A DNA stretch of 64,000 nt from Dictyostelium discoideum (Eukaryota): the NCBI GenBank assembly GCA_000004695.1, contig CM000155.2, positions 2,080,001 through 2,144,000 on the forward strand, in the 5' to 3' direction. This document shows, piece by piece, positions 49,314-62,124 of this stretch. Under the pieces are notes generated by a model. That model had not been told where the DNA came from, did not search any database, and worked only from the letters and a program-made list of their open reading frames with translations. Position 1 is the first letter of the stretch. Each line of letters opens with the position of its first letter. The translations under genes and the position numbers were made by a program.

Positions 49314-50379
49314 TAAACAAAATAAAATCAATAATAAAAATAATAAAAATAATAAAAACAATGATTCAAATAATAAAAATAATAATACAAATAATAAAAA
49401 TAATATAAATATTAAAAATAAAAATTTAAAAAAAGTTGAAAATAATAAATCATTAAAAGTTATTTCATCAAATAAAAATAAAAATATATTAAATAATTTA
49501 AAAAAAGAAGAAAAAGTAAATAGTAATGATATTTTAATTCAACAACAACAAAATAGAGAAAAAGAAGATATAACAAACGAAGATGATGATGAAAAATATA
49601 ATTTATGGAATCCAAAACCAACTTCTTCAGTATCAGTATCATCATCAAAATCATCAAAATCATTAAAAACAACAGATTTACAAAATGAAATGAGTGAAAA
49701 ACTTAAAGGAAGTAGATTTAGGTGGTTAAATGAAACATTATATACAACACATAGTAAGGAAGCATTTAAAGAGTTTTCAGAAGATAGATCATTATTCGAT
49801 CAGTATCATAGCGGATTTAAATCACAAGTTGAATCATGGCCAATCAATCCATTGGATTTAATCATTGACGATTTGTCATCGATTAAACAAAGAAAGAGAA
49901 TTGCAGATTTAGGTTGTGGTGAAGCAAAATTAGCCGAACGTTTACAACATAAACATACAATTCAATCATTTGATTTGGTTGCTGTCAACGAGCGTGTAAC
50001 AGCTTGTGATATCTCAAATCTACCATTAAAGAATGAGTCAATTGATATCGCTGTATTCTGTCTAAGTTTAATGGGTACCAATTTCATTGATTTCATCATT
50101 GAAGCAGAACGTGTTTTAGTTAAAGGTGGTTTATTAAAAATCGCTGAAATCGAATCAAGAATCACCGATATCAATGCTTTTACAAATGAAATTCAACAAC
50201 ATGGTTTCAATTTAATTAAAAAGAATGAACAAAATCAATATTTCACTTTATTTGAATTTTCAAAATTACAAAAAAAAGATCAACAATTTATGAGAAGTTT
50301 AAAACAATATCAAAAATTAAAAAAACAACAAGCTACAAATGAACCAGTTTTAAAACCATGTTTATATAAAAAAAGATAA
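49207..50379 (+). CDS. Rrp8 / nucleomethylin-type rRNA-processing methyltransferase
   Basis: K/N-rich N-terminus, then RFRWLNETLYTTHSKEAFKEF...LFDQYHSGFKSQVESWPINP...IADLGCGEAKLA...SFDLVA...CDISNLPL.NESIDIAVFCLSLMGTNFIDFIIEAERVLVKGGLLKIAEIESR. This is the Rrp8 SAM-methyltransferase pattern. Confidence 0.75.
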
Positions 50380-50561
50380 ATAAAAAAAAAAATTAAAAAA
50401 AAAAATAAAAATTAAAATAAAAATTAAAATAATATATATTTTCCTAAAAAAAATAAAAAACTATTAATAGTAATTGTTTTATTTATTTTTTAAATTATAT
50501 TTTAAATATATATATATACAATAGTGGTTATTTTTATTATTATTATTTTTTTAAATTTTAT

Positions 50562-52271
50562 CTAATAAAATTTATTAATTTGAACTTTTGAATCTGATAA
50601 ACCACACATTAAAATTGAATTTGTAAATTGTAAACAACTAATTGAACTATTGAAAGAGAATAATTCTTTACTTTGATCAGAATCATAATTTAAATTCCAC
50701 CAACGTACTGATTGATCATTTGAACCAGTGATTAAGGTAGTGCCATCCCATTGAAGGCAACGTACTGAACCATTATGACCACGAAGTGTTGAAATATTTG
50801 AATTCTTTGAACGAAGATCCCAAACTCTAACAGTTGTATCATCAGAACCAGTTACTAAAACATTTCCATTGAATTGTAAAGCTCTAATACCTTCATTATG
50901 ACCAGAGAGTATTTGGATAGGTTGAGATGTATTTAAATCCCAAACTCTAACAACACGATCACTACCGCCACTCATTAAAATATTACCATAAACTTGAAGA
51001 CATGTTACACATGATTGATGCTTGAATGTATGAGTCGATGAGAGATTATGGTTTCTATAACGTGTTGAAGTCTTATCATTTACCGATACAATATTGGTAT
51101 GAACATGATCGGGTTCATTAATATCTGGTAAACTTGTGAATGAATTATTTACAGCGAATGGATCATTCATAACATTATCTTGAAGTGCTTCCTCTTCCTC
51201 CTCTTCAGTATCGGGGATTTCAATGCTATCATTAATTATCTCTGCAATATTCCAAACTTTAACAGTTGAATCGGAACTTCCGGAAATAATTTGGTCACCA
51301 ATTTGTTGTAAACAGAAAACATCGAAATTATGAGCACGAGTTGTAAGTATACCTTTTGATTTACCTTTCTCCAAATCCCAAATTCTAATTGAATTATCTA
51401 AACTACCAGTTGCCATAATGTTATTGTTTACATCCAAACATTGAATTGGATAATAGTGACCGGCCAAAGTGAAACGACATTTCTTGGTTTTCGTATCCCA
51501 AACTTTAGCGGTTTTATCGAATGAACCAGTGTAAACTCTTTCATCATCTAAATGCAATGCCCAGACAGTACCAGTGTGACCAATCAAATGGGCCTCTTTA
51601 AATCTATCACCTTTCCATCTTGATTCTCTTTCATGTTGTTGTTTGAAAATTTCTCTCCAATGTAATTGACATGATTTCTCGGATTTCTTTAATAATAATT
51701 CACGATTTGGATAAACCTGGAAATAATTTTGATAAATTGATTTCCATAAAATCTCTTCACATGTAATTAAAAACCATTCGGAACAAACATATTGAATTGA
51801 TAAAACATCTTGAAATGGTAAATATGATATGATCTTCATTGTAATTTCAATTGGTAAAATACTAATAAATGTAATTCTTTTCATTGGATTAAATTTATTT
51901 GGTAATAATAAATTCTTTATAATTTCTTTTAACTTTTTTGAATCTTTCTTTTTATGTTGATAATGATTAATATTTTGATTATTATTATTTTTACAATTTG
52001 ATGATGATGATGATGATGATGACGATGATGAATATAATGTTGGTGATGATAATGGTGACCCAATCTTTTTTGAAACATTTCTTTTATTTGGTGCATAAAC
52101 TTGTTGTTGTTGTTGTTGTTGAATTGCATATTTTGGTCCCCATTTATCTCTAAACACAATTTCTTTATATTTATCTTGATATTCTTCCTCTTCGTATGAA
52201 TTTTCATATGGAAAACTATCAAAATGATAATTTGATTGATTTGAATATTTTTGGAAATCTGGACCTAACAT
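50562..52271 (-). CDS. F-box / WD40-repeat protein (FBXW-type substrate adaptor)
   Basis: F-box ISILPIEITMKIISYLPFQDVLSIQYVCSEWFLITCEEILWKS, followed by about 7 WD40 repeats (GHTGTVWALH...TGSFDKTAKVWD, LSGHNEGIRALQ..., LRGHNGSVRCLQW...). Confidence 0.75.
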   Translation of the reverse strand: MLGPDFQKYSNQSNYHFDSFPYENSYEEEEYQDKYKEIVFRDKWGPKYAIQQQQQQQVYAPNKRNVSKKIGSPLSSPTLYSSSSSSSSSSSNCKNNNNQNINHYQHKKKDSKKLKEIIKNLLLPNKFNPMKRITFISILPIEITMKIISYLPFQDVLSIQYVCSEWFLITCEEILWKSIYQNYFQVYPNRELLLKKSEKSCQLHWREIFKQQHERESRWKGDRFKEAHLIGHTGTVWALHLDDERVYTGSFDKTAKVWDTKTKKCRFTLAGHYYPIQCLDVNNNIMATGSLDNSIRIWDLEKGKSKGILTTRAHNFDVFCLQQIGDQIISGSSDSTVKVWNIAEIINDSIEIPDTEEEEEEALQDNVMNDPFAVNNSFTSLPDINEPDHVHTNIVSVNDKTSTRYRNHNLSSTHTFKHQSCVTCLQVYGNILMSGGSDRVVRVWDLNTSQPIQILSGHNEGIRALQFNGNVLVTGSDDTTVRVWDLRSKNSNISTLRGHNGSVRCLQWDGTTLITGSNDQSVRWWNLNYDSDQSKELFSFNSSISCLQFTNSILMCGLSDSKVQINKFY

Positions 52272-53994
52272 TTTTATTATTTTTTTTTTTTTTTATAAAT
52301 AATAATATATATATATATATATAAAAGGTAATAAAATTTGTTTTATAGTAATAAATAAAATTGATATATAGGTTTTTTTTATAGTACAGGAATTAAAAAA
52401 CAAAAAAAAAAAAAATAATTAAATGTTTTTTTTTATTTTTTTTTTTTATTTTTTTTTTTTTATTGTAATAATATAAAATTTATAATTATAAAATGAATGA
52501 AATAAAATATACTGAAATGAAATGAAATGAAAAAATAAAATAAAAAACAAATATCTGGGTTTTTAAATTATTATTTTTTTTTTTTTTTAAATTATTTTTT
52601 TTTTTTTTTTTTATTACTTGGAATTTTATTTGTTGGTTTTTTTTTAAAAAAACAATTGGTATACCGCTATGATGGAATACTGAAATTTTAAATTATGGTA
52701 GTTTAATTTTACTGTTTTTTAAATTAAAAAAAAAATAAAATAAAATAAAACCTTTTTTGCTCAAATAAAACAATTGTTTATTATATATGAGTAGGCACAG
52801 ATGTAAGGACGAGAATTGTGGTGTGTGGTTAAAAAAAAAAAAATAAATGTTTTTTTTTATAGATCTATTTTTTGTACTTTTTTTTTTTTTGAAAATGAAT
52901 AAAAATTGGAATAATTTAATAAATAATTGAAAATGAAATTTAAAAATCGTTATGTTGTTATAAAATTAATTATTTTTTTTTTTTTTTTTTTTTAAAATGT
53001 GTAGAGTTATTAATTAATAATGATAAAACAAAAATAAAAAAATAATTTTTTTAAATGGTTTTTATTTTAATAAAAAAAAAAAATATATTGAAATTTTGTT
53101 GGAAATTTCAAAGTAATAAATAGATTTAAACAAAAAATATATATTTTTTTTTTTAAAATAATTCTTTAACTGGTAAAAAAAAGATGAAATATTTTAATTT
53201 AAAAATATTTATTATTATTATAATTTTTTAAGTAAATAATTAAAAATGGTTAATCTTGTTTTGATTTTTTTTTTTTTTATTGTTTGGGTAATATTGTAAA
53301 AATTAATTTTAAAACACATTATAAAAAAAAAAAATTTTATTTTAATTTAAAGATACTTGAGAATAGTAAAATAAATACTCTTTTCTTTTAAAATGATGCT
53401 ATATTGAAATAATTAAATTAATTAATAAATAAATAAACAAATAAATAAATAAATAAATAAATAAATAGATAATATTCGGAAATGGAATAAATAAAAAAAA
53501 AGATGATTTTAATAAATTAAAAGAATTGAAAAAATTAATTATCCGAATTTTAAAAGTTTGTTTAATTCTTCGTTTTTTCACACTATTAGTAATCATAATA
53601 CCTTCGTTGGATTTTTTTTTTTTTTTTAACACACCTAATTAGTAATTTCCTTTTATTTTATTTTATTTTATTTTTTTTTTTTTTTTTTTTTCAAAAAGGG
53701 TTAAAATAAAAGATTACGTAAAAATAAATTGTTTGGATGCATATTAATCTTTAAAAATACTTTTTACTTTAGTTTTCAAACAATATTGTTTTTTTTCATT
53801 TTAAGGAAAGTACTTAATATTCCCTAATTGAAAAACATTTTTTTTTTTTTTTTTTTTCTCGAAATAAAGAATCATACTCTTTATATTACTCTTTTTGGGT
53901 TTTTTTTTTTTTTTTGTTTTTTTTTTAAAATTTATTTTATTATATTTATTATAACAATTTTTTTTTTTTTTTTTCCTTCTTTAGTTAGTTTTTT

Positions 53995-55530
<1,536 letters not shown>

Positions 55531-56059
55531 TTTATTTATTTTTAATACAAATATATAGAATTTTCAAATTAAAAATTTTGAAAATCACAAAAAATTAAAA
55601 AAAGAAAAAAAAAAATTAAAAATAAAAAAATAAAAAAATTAAAAAAAAAAGGATGAGCTGTTTTAAAAAAAAAAAAAATAAAAAAAAAAAATGAAAAAAA
55701 AAAAATAAAAAAATTAAATTGTCATGACGCACCAAGACTTTTTACATACACCCAGATTTTACCATTATTTTTCTCATCTGTTTTATAATTTTTATTATTT
55801 TTTTATTTTGTTTTTAATTATTTTTATTATAGGTCTATTTTTATTTTACAATCTTTAATATTTTATTTTATTGGATATTTTTAGTAATTTTTCATTTGTT
55901 GGATATTTTTAGTAATTTTTTTTTTTTTTCCCTAATTTTTAAATGGAAAAAAGAAAAAAAACTTGGACGGAAAGTTCACTTTTTTTTTTTTTTTTTTTTT
56001 TGAAAATTTATGTACATATTCTTTATTATCATTATTTTATCTTTTTTTTTTTTTTTTTT

Positions 56060-56513
56060 TTAAACATTTTCTTCCTCTTCAACATTAGTTTCATCAAAAG
56101 CTTTCTTTGCTTTCTTCAACTCTTCATTCATTCTTAATAATTCAATAACTCTGTAATATTTCTTTGGATCTTTTCTTACAAGAAAAACTAAATCCTCTGT
56201 TTGAAATTTACCTCTTTTATTTGAAACTTGAGCTGCTTTTAATGTCATTTCTTGTATAAATTCGAAAACTAACTCTTCTAACAAATCTATTGATTCATGT
56301 AATGGTTCTCTAACATCTCCAAAACCATACATCATATGTTTTACTTTATAAATATAATTTTTTTTTTTTTTTTATAAAAAATAAATTATTAGCTTTTTTA
56401 TAAATAAATAATAAAGAGTAAAAAAAAAAAAAAAACGTTTTCAATATATATAAATATATATATAAATATAACATACATTCTTTTGAAAACATTCTTTTCC
56501 TTTTTGTTGACAT
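56060..56513 (-). CDS. taf13: TFIID subunit TAF13 (histone-fold). 2 exons: 56513..56477 and 56343..56060
   Basis: Exon 1 is MSTKRKRMFSKE, ending on one extra nucleotide with a GTATGT donor; 133-nt intron. Exon 2 is LKHMMYGFGDVREPLHESIDLLEELVFEFIQEMTLKAAQ...DLVFLVRKDPKKYYRVIELLRMNEELKKAKKAFDE. Compare human TAF13 KRKRLFSKELRCMMYGFGDDQNPYTESVDILEDLVIEFITEMTHKA. Confidence 0.85.
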
Positions 56514-56816
56514 TTTATAGTTTTTTTAATCTTTTCAATAACCACTAATTTCGTTATTTGGATAATTTTATAAAAAAAAAAAAAAAAAAAAAAATGAAAA
56601 TAAAAAAAAAAATTGGGAAATGAATTAAAAAAGAAAAAAAAAAAATTAAAAAAAAAAAAAAAAAAAATTAAAAAAAAAAGGTTTTTTAATTTAAAAATAA
56701 TTATTTTCACCCCTATTTTAACGAAAACGAAGAAACAAATAAATAAATAAAAATAAATAAATAAATAAACAAATAAATTAATTAATTAATAAATAAAAAA
56801 TAAATATATAAATAAA

Positions 56817-57953
56817 ATGTTTTCCTCGATTTATGGCTATTTCAACTCTGAAGGTGATAGTAATCAACAACAAAATAATAATAATAATAGTAATAATAAT
56901 TTAAAAGAAAGTGTATTTCATTCAGGTATATCAAATGGTATAATTGAAACAGTTGGTAATACACCATTGATTAGAATTAAAAGTTTATCAGAAGCAACAG
57001 GTTGTGAAATTTATGGTAAAGCAGAATTTATGAATCCAGGTGGTAGTCCAAAGGATAGAGTTGCAAGAGAGATTATATTGGATGGTGAAAAGAAAGGATT
57101 ATTAAAGAAAGGATCAACCATTGTAGAAGCAACTGCCGGTAGTACAGGTATTTCTTTGACAATGTTAGGTAAATCGAGGGGATACAATGTACAATTGTTT
57201 ATACCTGATAATGTATCAAAAGAGAAAGTTGACCTGTTGGAGATGTTGGGTGCTGAAACTAAAATAGTGCCAATTGTCGGTATGAACAATGCCAACCATT
57301 TCATGCATTGCGCATATCAAAGATGTTTAGGTGACGATATGGCATTCTACGCCAACCAATTCGATAATCTCTCAAATTTCAACGCACATTATAATGGTAC
57401 AGCCAAAGAGATTTGGGAGCAAACTAAGGGTGATGTGGATGGGTTTGTCGCAGCAGCTGGTACTGGTGGCACAGTGGCTGGTATAAGTAGTTATTTAAAA
57501 GAGGTGAATCCAAATATTCAAAATTGGTTAATTGATCCACCAGGTTCAGGTTTGTATAGTTTGGTAAATACTGGTGTTATATTTCATCCAAAAGATAGAT
57601 TAGTTGTTGAAAAACTTGGACCACGTTCATTTTATGAAGGTGTTGGTGTAAATAAAAAAACTGAAAATTTTAATAAAGCCTCTTTAAATGGTGCTTTCCG
57701 TGGTACAGAAGAGGAAGGTGTTGATATGGCTCATTATTTATTAAAGCATGATGGTTTATTTTTAGGTGGTTCTTCAGCTTTAAATTGTGTTGGCGCAGTT
57801 AAATTGGCTCGTAAATTAGGTCCTGGTAAAACAATTGTAACAGTCTTATGTGATTCTGGTCATCGTTACACAAGTAGATTATATAGTAAATCTTGGTTAA
57901 ATGATCATAATTTTCAAGTTTCAGATTTATCAAATTTAAATTTTGTAAAATAA
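56817..57953 (+). CDS. PLP-dependent cysteine synthase / cystathionine beta-synthase family enzyme
   Basis: GNTPLIRIKSLSEATGCEIYGKAEFMNPGGSPKDRVAREIILDGEKKGLLKKGSTIVEATAGSTGISLTMLG (lysine-PLP site K.EF.NPGGS.KDR). 378 aa with an N/Q-rich N-terminal extension. Confidence 0.75.
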   Translation: MFSSIYGYFNSEGDSNQQQNNNNNSNNNLKESVFHSGISNGIIETVGNTPLIRIKSLSEATGCEIYGKAEFMNPGGSPKDRVAREIILDGEKKGLLKKGSTIVEATAGSTGISLTMLGKSRGYNVQLFIPDNVSKEKVDLLEMLGAETKIVPIVGMNNANHFMHCAYQRCLGDDMAFYANQFDNLSNFNAHYNGTAKEIWEQTKGDVDGFVAAAGTGGTVAGISSYLKEVNPNIQNWLIDPPGSGLYSLVNTGVIFHPKDRLVVEKLGPRSFYEGVGVNKKTENFNKASLNGAFRGTEEEGVDMAHYLLKHDGLFLGGSSALNCVGAVKLARKLGPGKTIVTVLCDSGHRYTSRLYSKSWLNDHNFQVSDLSNLNFVK

Positions 57954-58129
57954 AAATAAAAATAAAAAATAATAATAAATAATAATAATAACAATAACGC
58001 ATTTAAAATTATTTACTATGTAAAATTAGATCAAAATAATAATTAAAAATTAAAGAAAAAAGAATATTTTAAGAAAGAATAAAATAAAGAAACATATTTA
58101 TTTTTTAGTTTTTATTTATTAAAATTGTT

Positions 58130-58255
58130 CTGAAATCGATTATATTATTGTGTTTAAATGGTATTGATGTACATTGCAATACCACAAATTGAGACCATCA
58201 TTTGTTAAATAATTTGATACCTCATCAAATGATACTGTTGAATCCGCTTATTAAA
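58130..58255 (-). repeat. Exon-like paralogous block (STVSFDEVSNYLTNDGLNLWYCNVHQYHLNTII*), probably a pseudo-exon remnant
   Basis: About 80% nucleotide identity to 63669-63760 in the coding frame. There is no room for upstream exons before LRAT-like copy A ends at 58630. Confidence 0.4.
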
Positions 58256-58629
58256 CTTAATTTTGCTTCACATGTGCCTTTGACTACTGACACCACCAGT
58301 TGATGCAGTGGCTTCAACTTTATAACAAAGAGAGTTTAGTCGAATAATTGAACCTGATTCTTTCTTAAAATATTCTTACCAAATTCAATTACTCATCTTA
58401 AACTTTTTTCCACCATCTTTAACACACGTGTTAATAATTATAAATAAATTAAAAGTTTTAATTGAACCTTACCCATTTTCAAAATTACCAATAAATATTA
58501 TACATATATATAAATTAAAATAAAATAAATTTATAACATGTAATAATAAAAACAAAATTAATGAATTTTTTATTTATTTATTTATTTTTATATGCTAAAT
58601 TATAAAAAAAAAAAAATTTAATTGATTTA

Positions 58630-59349
58630 TTATGATTGGTTAGTTTGAATAGATGCAGATTTTTGAATTTTAAATATATGTAATAAGAATGGGTAATTAT
58701 CGCATGGTGATTGAACAGTTTCCGGCCATTTTAAATGTAATTCTTCTTCCAAACAGTATTTAGCAAAGTTGTGGCATTTATTCTTTCTACCCCATGCGTT
58801 GTCTCCACCACATTTTTCTTTAATGAAGATATAAAATGATTCATGGAAACGGTTACGGATATTCATGTCTCTATCACAGTTATCGCCTTCAGCATATTCT
58901 TTAGTTTAAGTCAACAATGTTATACCCACTTTTGCAGTCTTAGTCAATTTTGTTGAATTAGAACTTCTTTCAGTTACTTGGAAACCAGTTTCAATAGAAT
59001 TCATTGCATCCTTCATTGCCAAATGAATTTCTAAACCTACTGGGTGATCATCATCATCAGATTCACCATTTTTATCTATAATAATAGAATAGTGACCAAC
59101 ATTTGTACCAACGTATTCCTCAAATGCCCCTTTTGTAAATTCTGGCACCAATTAATTGATCATTGAATTTGAGTAGACGTTCGAATTATATATTTTTTTA
59201 AAAATCATTAATTTCTATTTATATTATTATATTTAAATAATATATTTCTAAAAAAATATACTTACTAAATAAACATCAAGTACTCTTTCTTGGTTTACTT
59301 AAACCAATGACATTTCTTTTTCTTTTTCTTTAAAAAAATAATTACCCAT
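58630..59349 (-). pseudogene. Disabled copy of the LRAT/NC-domain-like gene (array member A)
   Basis: Same two-exon layout as members B and C. It has an in-frame TAA in exon 1 (LVE>LV*), a 1-bp deletion early in exon 2 (SSDELIGA region) and an in-frame TAA (KALLIKT>GITLLT*T). Otherwise about 90% identical. Confidence 0.7.
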
Positions 59350-59604
59350 TTTTTTTTTTTATTTAAACTTTTTTTTATTATACAAATAATTAATAAAAAA
59401 AAAAAAAAAAAAAAAAAAAATTAAAAAAAAAAAAAAAACCTCATTCATTTTCAATATTACCATTTAATATTATTTAAATTTATTAAAATAAAATAAAATA
59501 AAATAATTACTATATAACATTTATTAATAAAAACAAAACCAATGATTTTTTCATTTATTTATTGTTGTAATTGATAAATTATAAAAAAATAATTTTTGAT
59601 TGAT

Positions 59605-60333
59605 TTATGATTGGTTAGTTTGAATAGAAGCAGATTTTTGAATTTTTAATATATCTAATAAGAATGGGTAATTATCGCATGGTGATTGAACAGTTTCCGG
59701 CCATTTTAAATGTAATTCTTCTTCCAAACAGTATTTAGCAAAGTTGTGGCAGTTATTCTTTCTACCCCATGCGTTGTCTCCACCACATATTTCTTTAATG
59801 AAGGTATAAAATGATTCATGGAAACGGTTACGGATATTAATGTCTCTATCACAGTCATCGCCTTCAACATATTCTTTAGTTTTAATCAACAATGCTTTAC
59901 CAACTTTTACAGTCTTAATCAATTTTGTTGAATTAGAACTTCTTTGGGTTACTTGGAAACCAGTTTCAATAGAATTCATTGCATCCTTCATTACCAAATG
60001 AATCTCTAAACCTACTGGGTGATCATCATCATCAGATTCGCCATTTTTATCTATAATAATAGAATAGTGACCTGCATTTGTACCGATGTATTCTTCAACT
60101 GTACCCTTTTTGTAAATTCTAGCACCTATTAATTCATCACTTGAGTTTGAGTAGACGTTCTATATTATATATATATATTTTATAAAACCATTAGTTTCTA
60201 TTTATATTATTAAAATTAAATAATATTTTTTTTAAAAAAATAAACATACTAAATAAACATCAAGTACTCTTTCTTGGTTTACTTCAACCAATGACATTTC
60301 TTTTTCTTTTTCTTTAAAAAAATAATTACCCAT
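59605..60333 (-). CDS. LRAT/HRASLS-like NC-domain (NlpC/P60 superfamily, His-His-Cys) protein, array member B. 2 exons: 60333..60250 and 60159..59605
   Basis: Exon 1 is MGNYFFKEKEKEMSLVEVNQERVLDVYL with a GTATGT donor; 90-nt intron. Exon 2 is NVYSNSSDELIGARIYKKGTVEEYIGTNAGHYSIIIDKNGESDDDDHPVGLEIHLVM...CGGDNAWGRKNNCHNFAKYC.... The HYSII...EIHLV and NCHNF motifs parallel the H-box (HWA.Y.G..VIHL) and NCEHF catalytic Cys of LRAT-like proteins. Confidence 0.6.
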
Positions 60334-60643
60334 TTTTTTTTTTTTTAATATATACTCCTTTTTTTTTTGTACAAATAAAAAAAAAAAAAAAAAAAAAAAC
60401 AAAAAAATAAAACAAAAATTAAAAAAAAAAAAAAAAAAGTAAAATATGTTTTACATATTTCTTTTTTAAATTTATAATATGAATCAACCATTGATAAAAA
60501 AAATATTTTACCACTTATAATTTTTTTTTAAAAAAAAAAAAAATTAAATAAAAACCCTTTTATTAATAAAAACAAAACCAATGATTTTTTTATTTATTTA
60601 TTGTTGTATATGATAAATTATAAAAAAATAATTTTTGATTGAT

Positions 60644-61377
60644 TTATGATGATTGGTTAGTTTGAATAGATGCAGATTTTTGAATTTTTAATGTATCTAA
60701 TAAGAATGGGTAATTATCGCATGGTGATTGAACAGTTTCCGGCCATTTTAAATGTAATTCTTCTTCCAAACAGTATTTAGCAAAGTTGTGGCAGTTATTC
60801 TTTCTACCCCATGAGTTGTCTCCACCACATATTTCTTTAATGAAGGTATAAAATGATTCATGGAAACGGTTACCGATAATAGCTTTTCTATCATAATCAT
60901 CGCCTTCAACATATTCTTTAGTTTTAATCAACAATGCTTTACCCACTTTAACAGTTCTAATTAATTTTGTTGAATTAGAACTTCTTTCAGATTCTTTGAA
61001 ACCAGTTTCAATAGAATTCATTGCATCCTTCATTACCAAATGAATTTCTAAACCTACTGGGTGATCATCATCGTCAGATTCGCCATTTCTATCTATAATA
61101 ATAGAATAGTGACCTGCATTTGTACCGATGTATTCTTCAACTGCACCCTTTTTGTAAATTCTTGCACCTATTAATTCATCACTTGAGTTTGAGTAGACGT
61201 TCTATATTATATATATATATATTTTATTAAATCATTAGTTTCTATTTATATTATTAAAATTAAATAATATTTTTTTAAAAAAAATAAACATACTAAATAA
61301 ACATCAAGTACTCTTTCTTGGTTTACTTCAACCAATGACATTTCTTTTTCTTTTTCTTTAAAAAAATAATTACCCAT
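60644..61377 (-). CDS. LRAT/HRASLS-like NC-domain protein, array member C. 2 exons: 61377..61294 and 61201..60644
   Basis: Same structure as member B (offset about 1044 bp), 92-nt intron. Sequence ...HYSIIIDRNGESDDDDHPVGLEIHLVM...NSWGRKNNCHNFAKYC. Confidence 0.6.
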
Positions 61378-62124
61378 TTTTTCTTTTTTAATATATACTC
61401 CTTTTTTTTTTGTATTTGTACATAAAAAAAAAAAAATAAAACAAAAATTAAAAAAAATAAAAAAAAAAGTAAAATATGTTTTACATATTTCTTTTTTAAA
61501 TTTAAAAAATGAATCAACCATTAATAAAAAAAATATTTACCACTTATAATTTTTTTTTGAAAAAAAAAAAATTAAATAAAAACAAACATGATTTATTTAT
61601 TGTATTATAATAAAAGAATTACTGTTATAACATTTGTTTGTATATTTTTATGAATATATCTCTATGAAACTGATCATTTTCTGTTTTTAAACATTGTAAT
61701 TTTGTTTTAATTATTTCAATACTGAAATAAATTACCAATTAACCATTTTCATTTAAGCAACCATTGAAATCTTAGATTTAATTACTTGTCCATTACCATA
61801 ACCAATACAATTATAATATTTAAAAATATGTAGGATCAGTGTTAATGGTTATTATGTTGATAATCTGTTATATATTTATATATTTTTATATGTAATATAG
61901 CACACCTACGAATATCCTTTGATGAATGAGGGATATTTAATTTTGAATCTTTATGATTTATCAATGAAAATGAAGTTGAAGCAGTAATTTCTTTATCATC
62001 TTCAATAGACGACGACAACAACAACAACAACATGATTGAAAATAATCAAAGCATCTAAGAATAACCATTGGATAGATTTCAAACCTTTCTTTTGGGTTGT
62101 TATTATTTAATTAATTAATAGCAT

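Noticed and set aside
51929-52222. 97-aa His-rich ORF overlapping the F-box/WD40 gene
   Set aside because: It is an alternative frame within the gene's N-terminal low-complexity (CAA/CAT-rich) region on the same strand. The WD40 frame is the real one.
61246-61521. 91-aa ORF upstream of LRAT-like copy C
   Set aside because: It is exon 1 (MGNYFFKEKEKEMSLVEVNQERVLDVYL) read through the GTATGT donor into the intron, plus an F-rich low-complexity leader.
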